From Chiloscyllium plagiosum (lineage: Eukaryota): a stretch of DNA of 20,000 nucleotides. Each line of letters opens with the position of its first letter. Positions within the stretch are counted from its first letter, which is position 1. The notes below the pieces were generated by a model that did not search any database, was not told the DNA's origin, and was given only the letters and a program-made list of their open reading frames with translations. Location: positions 79,932,833 to 79,952,832 of the forward strand of contig NC_057711.1 of NCBI RefSeq assembly GCF_004010195.1, written 5' to 3'. The position numbers were made by a program, and so were the translations under genes. This document shows positions 1 through 8,671 of the stretch, in pieces.

Positions 1-89
1 AATACATCATAAATCTGTAGAAAGGAACCTAAGCATTAACTAGTAAAGAGAAATATTCAATGATTTCTTCTTTTCCCTTCAGGGGACGT

Positions 90-240
90 AAAGTCATTGG
101 TGCATTCCAAAAAGTACAGAGAGTTGCAACAATTATCATTTCCAAACACTGTACTATTAAGACAGGTGAAGGGAACTTGAATAATTCCCTTCAGGAAGAG
201 AAAATGTCAGATGAATGATGATTCTGCTTTTTAGAAGTGA
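90..240 (+). mobile_element. Very old CR1-type LINE remnant (3' end of ORF2)
   Basis: Translates to IGAFQKVQRVATIII...DR.RELE..SLQEEK, resembling the CR1 C-terminal LEKVQRRATKII...Y.DRLRELGLFSLEKRR segment; heavily decayed. Confidence 0.4.
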
Positions 241-639
241 TTTAATGGATAGTCCTAATATGACTTGACTGTAGTATCTAGTAGTGAATTATATCTTGTC
301 ATATTCATACATAACCATGATCTCCACTATCATGTTACCACTCCTGGGGTCAGTGCTATTTTAAAAACCTCCTTCCTCCTCTTTTTCAGGGAATGCAATA
401 TATAAGCTTAGAAGTTATATTCAGCAGTAAAATGCGATGAGCTAGAGGAGATAGCTGAAGTCATGATCGGAGAGCGAGTAGGCTTTTGATGATGGAGTAG
501 CAAGACACAGAGATTTTAGGGAAGGCATTCTGGAGTAGCCAAAGCTGAAAGCTCTGTGATGTAAAGGATACAACTAAGGCCTATGTCAAATGAGGGAAGG
601 GCGATAGCCTTTGTTCATTGGTTACTTTGGCATAATGGA

Positions 640-843
640 TGTTTGTTGGTTTAGTTGGCTGGACAGCTGATTTGTGACAGAGAGTGATGCCAATAACACA
701 GTTTTAATTCCTGTAATGATTGCTGTCACCATGAAGGTCATATTTTGTCAATTGAAGACATGGTGACCAAGATTAAACTCACCATCAATTGTAGTTTCTC
801 CAATGAGAGAGAGCAACCAGTCATCCCCTGAGGCTTGGCAACT
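640..843 (+). mobile_element. Decayed tRNA-derived SINE
   Basis: A-box-like tttagttggctggacagctg and B-box-like agttttaattcc, followed by a body (ccatgaagg...tggtgacc...taaactcaccatca...aatgagagagagcaacc) that I recognise as a chondrichthyan SINE. Confidence 0.5.
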
Positions 844-1030
844 GTCATTATCCATGTTATTATCTCATTCCACAACTGCGTATATGCCCTTAACTTGCAT
901 ATTAATCTTGGGGAAAGGCAGGTGATGTAGGAGCTAATGGATGTGACTTTGGATTCTGAAATTAGTCTTCTGGCAGGTGCATAGTCAGTAAAGATGTGTG
1001 ACAATACAATTAATAGGAGAGCAAAGTTTT

Positions 1031-1497
1031 GGGAGGAGGCATTGGTATACAGTTGGTCTGCTATTACATGCATTTCTTTAACGCAAAATTGCTGTAATGC
1101 GATTGACAGATTGGAGATTCTGTTTCTAAAGCATGAACTTTTAAATCATGTGTTGGCTGCAACGTGATTGTGTTGCCTATCCTTAAAGCACTGTTTCTAA
1201 AGTGCAATTTTTCTATGATGCGAGGTTGCACAAGAAAGCAACTATTGCATTATTGAGGAACTATCTGCAGTAGTATTATCACTGGACTAGTAATCCAGAC
1301 TCTCAGACAATGTTCTGGGGACCTGGGTTTGAACCCACTTGAGTGGTTGTTGGAATTTGAATTGAGAATATGTCTGGAATTTAAAAGTCTACTGATGACC
1401 GTGAGCCATTGTTGATTGTCTGGAAAATTCCAACTGGTTTGCTAATGCCCTTTAGGGAGGCGAACTGCTGTCCTTACCTGGTCTGGCCTTCATGTGA
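1031..1497 (+). mobile_element. tRNA-derived SINE (or SINE-like LINE head), interrupted by the MITE at 1050-1267
   Basis: Removing the MITE rejoins ggcattggtata + gtagtattatcactggactagtaatccaga (A box region); B box gggtttgaaccc at ~1325-1336; body ...ccttacctggtctggccttcatgtga typical of shark repeats. Confidence 0.65.
1050..1267. mobile_element. pogo/Tigger-like (Tc1-mariner superfamily) MITE
   Basis: TA|CAGTTGGTCTGCTATTAC...GCATTATTGAGGAACTATCTG|CA: decayed terminal inverted repeats starting CAG and ending CTG, left TA target, right TA mutated to CA; internal duplicated ctgtttctaaag. Confidence 0.55.
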
Positions 1498-1527
1498 AGT
1501 GATTCCACAACAAACAGATCATATCGA

Positions 1528-1904
1528 AGCTCTGCAGTCCTGCCACATCTGTTCATGAATAGTCATTGGAGGATGAAGCTCCACAAATATCTTCATCCCC
1601 AATGATGGGGGAGCCCCATCATTGCAAAAGATAGCATTTGCAACAATCTTTAGTTAAAACTGCTGAGTGGGTGATCCATCTTGGCCTCCTCCAGAGATAC
1701 CTTGCATCACAAATACCAGTCTTCAGCCAATTCAATCCACTCCAAGTGATAGCAAGAAATGGTTGGTGGCACTGGATACTACAAAGGCTATGGGCCAGAG
1801 ACAACACTCTGGCAATAGTACTCAATAATAGTCCTCCAGAACTTGCTGCATCCCTTGCTTAGATGTTCTGGTACAGCGACAACACTGACATCTACCTGAC
1901 AATG
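1528..1904 (+). mobile_element. Degenerate CR1/L2-group LINE fragment, region just upstream of and entering the RT domain
   Basis: ctggatactacaaaggctatgggccagagacaacactctggcaatagtactc...ccagaacttgctgcatcccttgct = LDTTKAMGP.DN...IVL....PELAASLA, matching the KA.GPD.I....LK....EL..PL motif of non-LTR RTs; frameshifted. Confidence 0.7.
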
Positions 1905-3630
1905 TGCTCTCATATCCCAGCCTGACTTTGTAATCAAGCCGCTGTTGTTGTCTGGTGGACTGAATTCAACATTGCGGACGGTGACCACCAGCTCTCAGAT
2001 ACCTCCTCTTATCTCTTCCAGACCATGACCCCCCCATTGAACATCAGGTTTAGCGTGTCCACAACACTCACTAATCTAATTTTATCTGGTGATCTCCATA
2101 AGCTTCCAAGCTCGTAGACCCCAGCCCTGTGCAGCTTGCTTCTACCTCCTTCCCAAGCTCCACAACAGGACTGTCCAGGTAGATGCATTGTTTCTTCCTG
2201 CTCCTGTCATATGGAACTCATTTCTTCCTACCTCAAGTGTATTTTTCTCTCCCCTTGTCCAGTCCCTCCCCACTTCCATCAATGATTCTTCAGATGCTTT
2301 ACGTCAGTTTCAGGATTTCCAGTTTGCGGGCGTCACCTGTCTCCTCTTCACCATGGATATGCAATCCATTTACACATCCATTCCCCCATCAGAATGGTCT
2401 CAGGGCTCTCTGCTACTTCCTGGAACAAAATGCCTGAAAGGTCCCCATCCAGCACCATCCTCGTCTGCTTAGCCAAGCTCATCCTCACTTTGACCGAATT
2501 CTACTCTAACTCTGCTTGCTTTCTTCAGATCAAAGGTGAGGCCGTGAGTGCCTGCAAGGCCCAGTTATTCCTGTCTCTTTGTGAGGTATATTCCTTGATC
2601 CTGTCCTGTTCTGGCCCCCATTCTCTAGTGCATCAATAACACCATTTGTGCTGTTTCTCTCTGATCTTGATTGGAAAGGTTGACCTGTTTGCTTCCAATT
2701 TCCACCTTCAGCTAGTCCACCTCTGACTCCTCCCTTCCCTTCCTCGACATCTTTGCTTCCATTTCCAGAAATAGGCTGGCCATCAATATCCAGTACAAAC
2801 TCACTGGCTACCACAGTTACCTTGACTATACATTCTCATACTCTGCCTCCTGTAAAGACTTGAATCCATTCTCCCAGTTTGTCTGTGAAGTCCTGATGAA
2901 GGGTCCTACTTGAAACATTGACTCTCCTGCTCCTCTGACCTGCTCCTTGATCAGCTCTACATTTTATCGAATCACAGTTCGTCTGTCTCTGCCACATTTG
3001 TTCTAATGATGCCACCTTCCACAGGGGGCCTCAGAATAGCCACCTTTTTCCTCAATGCAGGATTCCCCACCACCATGGCTGACAGGGTCTTCAGCCATGT
3101 TCAACCCATTTCCCCTCAACCCTCACCTCCCACAACAGCAATAAGGTACCCCAGTCCTCACTTATCTCCCCACCAACATCCACATCCAAAGGATCATTAG
3201 CCAACATTTCCAACATGTCCAATGGGATGCCATCACCAGACCCATATTCTCCTCCCCTCCCTTGTCAGTCTTTTGCAAGGATCATTCCCTCTGGTACACC
3301 AAGGCCGACGACTCCTCCACTCCCAACATCTCCCCACACCCTTAGGGCACAATCCCATGCAGAAGGTGTACCAACTACATGTTTACCTCCTTCCTATTCA
3401 CCATCAAAAGCCTCAGATACACATTCCAGGTGAAGCAGTGATTTACCTGCACTTCATGGAATCTTGGGCTTGCTGCAGTTCTCCAATGAGGTTCAGCGGA
3501 ACCTGGAAGAACAATAACTCATTGTCCACTTTGGGACCCTGCATCCTTCTGGACTCAATATTGAGTTGACTAATTTTAAGGCCTGACCACCTTTTCCCAT
3601 GTCCTTATCCCAACCCTACATCCCAAGCTT
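1905..3630 (+). mobile_element. Degenerate Neptune-type Penelope-like element (RT, Cys linker, GIY-YIG tail)
   Basis: Remnant peptides VIKP..AVVVW, FYLLPKLH, LLFTMDMQSIYTSIP, FLQIKG.A, LPFLD, IPFSQF, a Cys linker (GT.PCRRC), FQVKQ.FTCTS and C-terminal LEEQ.LI...GTLHPSGLNIE; many stops and frameshifts. Confidence 0.85.
2887..2974 (+). mobile_element. 88-bp PLE pLTR cassette with hammerhead motif, inserted into the Neptune ORF
   Basis: Flanked by cagtttgtctgt (2875-2886) and cagttcgtctgt (2975-2986); contains CTGATGA (2893-2899)-agggtcctactt-GAAAC (2912-2916). Confidence 0.7.
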
Positions 3631-3687
3631 TGTTATCACATTTAGACAAGCAGGAGGCTGGAAGAAGACAGCAAGGGAATTTGTGTT

Positions 3688-3727
3688 GCAGACATTTCGT
3701 CCCCCATCTAGGTGACATCTTCAGTGC
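3688..3727 (-). ncRNA. Minimal type I hammerhead ribozyme motif (PLE pLTR)
   Basis: Minus strand: GCA-CTGAAGA-T-GTCACCTAGATGGGGGAC-GAAAT-GTC-TGC; stem I GCA/TGC, stem II closed by GTC/GAC, GUC cleavage triplet; GAAAC changed to GAAAT. Confidence 0.7.
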
Positions 3728-4416
3728 TTGGGAGCCTCCTGTGAAGCGCTTCTGTGATCTTTCCTCCGGCATTTGTAGTGGTTTGAATCTGCCGCTTCCG
3801 GTTGTCAGTTCCAGCTGTCTGCTGCAGTGGTCAGTATATTGGGTCCAGGTCGATGTGCTTATTGATTGAATCTGTGGATGAGTGCCATGCCTCAAGGAAT
3901 TCCCTGGCTGTTCTCTGTTTGACTTGTCCTATAATAGTAGTGTTGTCCCAGTCGAATTTATGTTGCTTGTCATCTGCGTGTGTGGCTACTAAGGATAACT
4001 GGTCGTGTCGTTTCGTGGCTAGTTGGTGTTCATGGATGCGGATCGTTAGCTGTCTTCCTGTTTGTCCTACTACATAGGACAAACAGGAAGACAGCTAACG
4101 ATCCGCATCCATGAACACCAACTAGCCACGAAACGACACAACCAGCTATCCTTAGTAGCCACACACGCAGATAGCAAGCAACATGAATTTGACTGGGACA
4201 ACACTACTATAATAGGACAAGCCAAACAGAGAACAGCCAGGGAATTCCTAGAGGCATGGTACTCATCCACAGATTCAATCAATAAGCACATCGACCTGGA
4301 CCCAATATACTGACCACTGCAGCAGACAGCTGGAACTGACAACCGGAAGCGGCAGATTCAAACCACTACAAATGCCGGAGGAAAGATCACAGAAGTGCTT
4401 CACAGGAGGCTCCCAA

Positions 4417-4456
4417 TCACTGAGGATGTCACCTAGACGGGGGACGAAACGTCTGC
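4417..4456 (+). ncRNA. Minimal type I hammerhead ribozyme motif (PLE pLTR)
   Basis: TCA-CTGAGGA-T-GTCACCTAGACGGGGGAC-GAAAC-GTC-TGC; core intact, stem I weakened by one mismatch. Confidence 0.72.
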
Positions 4457-4544
4457 AACACAAATTCCCAGCTCGGCGAACAGAACCACAACAACGAGCA
4501 CCGGAGGTACAAATCTTCTCACAAACTTTGAAGAACACAGCAAG

Positions 4545-5012
4545 CCAGGCATCATCAGGAGGTGGAGAGGTCAGCCGACAAAGAGGCACAAGTAGCTGGG
4601 GCCCAACCAAATGCTCATGGCCACCCCCTGAAATTGGAAGAAATGGGAGGAGTTAAATGAAAAGTTATTAAGGGTGAGGACTAGTTTGGTGAGGTGGAGG
4701 AGTGTATTGGTGGAGGGGGACTGGATGAGTCTGTTGGAGAGGAAGAAGCTGAGAGCCTGAAGGCGTATGGACATGTATAAGGACTGTACGACCATAGTGA
4801 AGATAAAGCACTGGGGGCCCTGGGAACTGGAAGTTACTGAAGAGGTGGAGGGTGTGGTTGGTGTCACAGATGTAGGTGGGAAGTGCCTGAACTAAGGGGA
4901 AGTCGATAGAGTCGAGATGGGACGAGATGAGTTCGGTGGGGCAGGAGCATGTGGAGATGATGGGTCAGCTAGGGTAGTTAGGTTTGTGGATTTTAGGGAG
5001 CAGGTAGAACCT
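4545..5012 (-). mobile_element. Degenerate Neptune-type PLE (RT fragment plus pLTR remnant; pLTR continues at 3643-3675, split by the palindromic insertion)
   Basis: Minus-strand peptides FYLLPKIHKP, FIFTMVVQSLYMSI and LVLTLNNFSFNSSHFFQ..GVAM...GPSYLCLFVG; joining the flanks restores ctggaagaacacagcaagccaggcatcatcaggagg. Confidence 0.82.
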
Positions 5013-5037
5013 GTCATCACATGAGTTGCTATTTTCA

Positions 5038-5798
5038 TGATGTGGAGGTGCTGGTGTTGGACTGGGGTGGACAAAGTTAAAAATCACACAACACCAGGTT
5101 ATAGTCCAACAGGTTTATTTGGAAGTACTAGCTTTCAGACAGCTCCTCCTTCATCACGTAACTAGTGGGCAGGATCATAAGACACAGAATTTATAGCAAA
5201 AGATCACAGTGTCATTCAATTAAAATGATATATTGAGCAAGCCTAGATTGCTGCTACATCTTTCATCTTTTAGAATGGGTTGCAGGTTTTCATTCATTAA
5301 TATATAAATCCCAGAACTTCTTTTAAGTCACATTATTGAGATAACTTAAGGTTTTATATAAAAAAAGTGACATCTCAGCTCAGGTAATATATTAAACGTG
5401 TGAGGTTAGAGTCTGTCTGTATCCCAATCAAGAGTCAGACTGGTTCTATTTCCAAAGTAATTTATAAAATGTGATATGGATTGGCTGCCTGCAGATTGTG
5501 TGCTCTTTGAGCAAAAACAGAATTTTCTGCAAATGCAAATTCACCCCATAGACTTATATGTGTGTGTGTACGTGTGAGGGAGAGAGAGAAAGTACGTGTG
5601 TGTGAATGTGAGTGTGGGGGTGAATGTGTCTGAGAGAAATTGTATGTGTATGAGAAAGGGTCTGCATGAGTGTGTGAGTATGTAAGAGTGCGTGTATGAT
5701 CCTGCCCCACTAGTTACCTAATGAAGAAGCAGTGCTCTGAAAGCTAGTACTTCCAAATAAACCTGTTGGATTATAATCTGGTGTTATGTGATTTTTAA
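5038..5798. mobile_element. Non-coding PLE derivative with ~103-bp inverted pLTR arms, each holding a mutated hammerhead
   Basis: Arms 5077-5179 and 5695-5798; TSD gctattttca (5028-5037, 5799-5808); hammerhead relics at 5126-5160 (-; GTGATGA...GAAAGCTA) and 5715-5749 (+; CTAATGA...GAAAGCTA). Confidence 0.85.
5557..5696. repeat. Degenerate (TG)n/(GA)n low-complexity tract inside the PLE derivative
   Basis: atatgtgtgtgtgtacgtgtgagggagagagagaaagtacgtgtgtgtgaatgtgagtgtg... Confidence 0.8.
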
Positions 5799-5814
5799 GC
5801 TATTTTCACCAAGT

Positions 5815-6090
5815 GAGGATTCCCATGATCAACTTTTCTTTCTCCCTGGCTCACCATCATCCATTATGTTGTCTGCCCAACTGCTGTTCTCTCTTTCTGG
5901 GGTCCATCTCCTCCTATCATTCACTCCCTCCCCCCTCCCTGCCCACCCACGGTCTTCAGTATATGTACCATCTCTTCCTATCTACCATCAATTCTGAAGA
6001 AAAGTCACAGGATCCGAACAGTTACTCTGTTTTCTCTCCACAGATGCTGCCGGACCTGCTGAATTTCTCCAACAATTTCAATTTTTCTTC
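5815..6090 (+). mobile_element. Decayed PLE 3' UTR/pLTR with hammerhead relic
   Basis: Pyrimidine-rich tract, then ttCTGAAGAaaagtcacaggatccGAAcagttactctgtttttctctccacagatgctgccggacctgctgaatttctcca. Confidence 0.7.
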
Positions 6091-6721
6091 CATTCCCACA
6101 AACGTTAGATTGAATAAGATTCTTCGTAATCCATTTTGTTGTGGGTAATATAGAGTAGCTACATGGAACAGGGGATGGTAGAACAGAGATTTGTTTGTTA
6201 ATGGTGCTCTGTAGTATAATTTGACCCCATACTTATAAAAGATGTCATCAATGAACATCACGTAGATGTGAAAGAGGAGGCCAAGACTGCCCAAAAAAGC
6301 CAGATTTAATTAAATTGTTGAGGCAGGACTGAAGTGGGACTTTTGGAGCTGAACAGCTATTATGTGGTTAACATGATTCTTGGATGCTAAGTTCACAAAG
6401 TGCAAAAGCAACAAAGTGACTTCATTGCAAACATGTGAGTCACACGGTTTTTACCAGTAAACAATGTCACAAACACATTCCCTGTGGACGTCCTGCTGAA
6501 TAATTGGTGCTTAGGGCCCATTTTGACCCTGCTGGCCTGTCCTGGGCAGTCATTCGATGGTATGATATTATTTCTACAACTGAAAACAACGCATTCCATC
6601 AAGGCGATGTATCCTTGGTTCCCAAGCTGATCTTAAACTATTTTCTCTCCTTCTGTGGCAGAGATAAATTGATATTGTCTGGGGCCATTTGGTTGTGAAA
6701 ATGGCCTCCTCAATTTCTCAG

Positions 6722-6905
6722 GGGGTAAAAACAATGACTGCAGATGCTGGAAACCAGATTCTGGATTAGTGATGCTGGAAGAGCACAGCAATTCAGGCAG
6801 CATCTGAGGACAGGCAAAATCGACGTTTGGGGCAAAAGCCCTTCATCAGGAATAAAATCGGATGCTGCCTGAATTGCTGTGCTCTTCCAGCACCACTGAT
6901 CCAGA
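6722..6905. mobile_element. 184-bp hairpin PLE derivative with a hammerhead relic in the loop
   Basis: Exact 15-bp TSD tcctcaatttctcag (6707-6721, 6906-6920); arms 6760-6807 and 6858-6905 (45/48 matching by hand); minus-strand CTGATGA-A-GGGC-TTTT-GCCC-CAAAC-GTC at ~6819-6852. Confidence 0.88.
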
Positions 6906-6989
6906 TCCTCAATTTCTCAGTTAGATTACATGATGGTAGTTATCCTGTGTGGCAATGTCCTAAATTCCAGTCTTTTTCTCCAGTTCTCC

Positions 6990-7277
6990 AGCATGATTGT
7001 TCAGTGGTTAGCACTGCTGTCTCACAGGAACTCTGGTTCGATTCCAGCACTCGGCTGACTGTCTGTGTGGACTTTACACATTTTCCCCTGTTTGCTGGGT
7101 GCTTTGGTTTCCTCCCACAGTCCAAACACATGCAGGTCAGAGGAATCAGCCACGTGAAATGCAGAGTTACGGGAATAGGATAGGAATCTGGGTTTAGGTG
7201 GGAGGCTCTTCAGATGGTTGGTGCAGACACAATGGACTGAATGGCCTCTTTCTGCACTGCAGAGATTCTATGATTCT
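6990..7277 (+). mobile_element. HE1-type V-SINE
   Basis: A box ttcagtggttagcactgctg, B box ggttcgattcca, V-domain ggtttcctcccacagtccaaa, CR1-like tail ggactgaatggcctc...gattctatgattct. Confidence 0.88.
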
Positions 7278-7627
7278 TAGAAGTATTAGTCCTGTTGCAG
7301 GGAGAACAACGATTATAACACAATTAGTATAGAAACTGCTTGAAATTCTGAATTGGTGGAGAAGTTTCCTGGTTTACCGATAGAGATTATCTTCCTACCG
7401 ATGTAAATAAAAGCTGCATGTGAACAAATATCCCTATTTTATGTGTTGGTTTAAATATTCCACAACTGGACTTGAGCTAATGTAACTGAAAATATTTTGG
7501 TTTGGCAAATATTTCAGCATTGCCTTAGTGTTTAAAAAAAAGTTAGCGGAGTTGATTTTGCCAAATCAGTCAAACCAAGAAAGCACAGGGACACAGATAT
7601 AAACCACAAATATGAAGGAGGCAGAAG

Positions 7628-7738
7628 TCTGAAGAAAAGTCGTAACAGATTCAAAATGTTAGCTCAGTTTCTATCTCCACAGGCAGTCAGAATTGCTGAG
7701 TATTTTTTTTTTATTTTAGAGTTCCAGCATCCTCAGAT
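7628..7738 (+). mobile_element. Very decayed PLE pLTR fragment
   Basis: tCTGAAGAaaagtc...ttcaaaatgttagctcagtttctatctccacag...ttccagcatc, similar to 5993-6090. Confidence 0.5.
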
Positions 7739-8061
7739 TCATATGAAGGAGGAAGATGGAATGGTTGACAATGATGAAAGTTGCAGAGAATTTAAACAGA
7801 AAGAGGTATGACATACCATGGTAATAGCAGGTGACTTTGGCCATGTCACACTTAGAGCTGAGAGAAGGGATTTGAAGTGATTAAACAGAGAGTACTAAGT
7901 TGATTAATATTGATTCATAGAGTGCCTTGGAGAGAATAAATGGAAATTGTACAAGACAAGCAGAGGGTCAAGGATATGCTTTGTGAGAGAGGTGTTAATG
8001 ATAGCAATATTAAAGGCTAGAATAATGAAGTTTGAAAAATAAAAGCCATGCAGAGTACTGG

Positions 8062-8247
8062 GTTGAGAGTGTGTTGCTGGAAAAGCACAGCAGGTCAGGC
8101 AGCATCCAAGGAGCAGGAAAATCGATGATGAGGGCTCCGCCCCAAAATGTCGATTTTCCTGCTTCTCGGATGCTGCCTGACCTGCTGTGCTTTTCCAGCA
8201 ACACACTCTCAACTCTGATCTCCAGCAAGTGCAGACTTCACTGTCTC
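8062..8247. mobile_element. 186-bp hairpin PLE derivative with a truncated hammerhead as the loop
   Basis: TSD ccatgcagagtactgg (8046-8061) / ccattcagagtactgg (8248-8263); arms 8062-8125 and 8150-8213 (62/64); loop TGATGA-GGGC-TCC-GCCC-CAAAAT-GTC. Confidence 0.88.
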
Positions 8248-8671
8248 CCATTCAGAGTACTGGACCAAGTAAAGGTTTTCTTGAGATGGGATAGAATTTG
8301 TATTATACGGCCAGTAAATTGACCACAAAGTGAAATCTTTTTGCTTAAGCTAGGTGGTGCGGTGTTCACTGTGGCCCTTGGAGGTTGAATTTAGATATAT
8401 CAGATGAAATTTCATCTTCAATTGATGATAAAAGTTATTATTTATTTGACTGTGGCAATAGAAAAAGACAAAGCCTCCATGTCATCATCAATAATCAAGG
8501 GTCTGCTAATACCAAGGAATTATATTGTAGTCACTTCAAGTTACCAGGTTCTTTGAATTGATTACATCCATATCTGCACTGAAGGACTCAAAGGAATTAT
8601 TTTTCCTTTAGTAATAATTTGTGGTGTTCTTGCAGCAGTTTTCATCATGAAGTGATAGGAAATCCTTAGTA

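Larger units (their letters stand above)
3676..4529. mobile_element. Penelope/Poseidon-type PLE 3' end inserted as an inverted duplication (GIY-YIG C-terminal half plus pLTR)
   Basis: Arms 3675-4069 and 4075-4469 are reverse complements around a 5-nt spacer. Both encode (Y)[IV]GQTGRQLTIRIHEH...REFLEAWxS...INKHIDLDPIY. TSD gaagaagacagcaag (3661-3675) / gaagaacacagcaag (4530-4544). Confidence 0.92.

Noticed and set aside
83..165. Apparent exon (cccttcag|...acag|gtgaag) with an open frame
   Set aside because: The peptide resembles a decayed CR1 ORF2 C-terminus, and the similarity continues past the supposed donor.
3605..4656. Several overlapping ORFs on both strands suggesting a gene pair
   Set aside because: They are mirror images produced by the palindrome; only the GIY-YIG frame is meaningful and it is 5'-truncated.
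6455..6580. Possible exons on either strand in unique sequence (6458-6559 on plus; ~6455-6580 on minus)
   Set aside because: Splice signals are mediocre, both strands are equally plausible and neither peptide is recognisable.
6990..7060. tRNA gene
   Set aside because: A and B boxes belong to the HE1 SINE head; there is no complete cloverleaf and a SINE body follows. The same applies near 17830-17891 and 1270-1340.
6722..8247. Hairpin elements as DNA-transposon MITEs or pre-miRNAs
   Set aside because: The inverted repeats are not terminal on both sides, TSDs are 15-16 bp and the sequence is PLE pLTR with hammerhead motifs.
8559..8657. Short hydrophobic reading frame (GIIFPLVIICGVLAAVFIMK)
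   Set aside because: An in-frame stop lies directly upstream with no start or clear acceptor; expected by chance in T-rich DNA.
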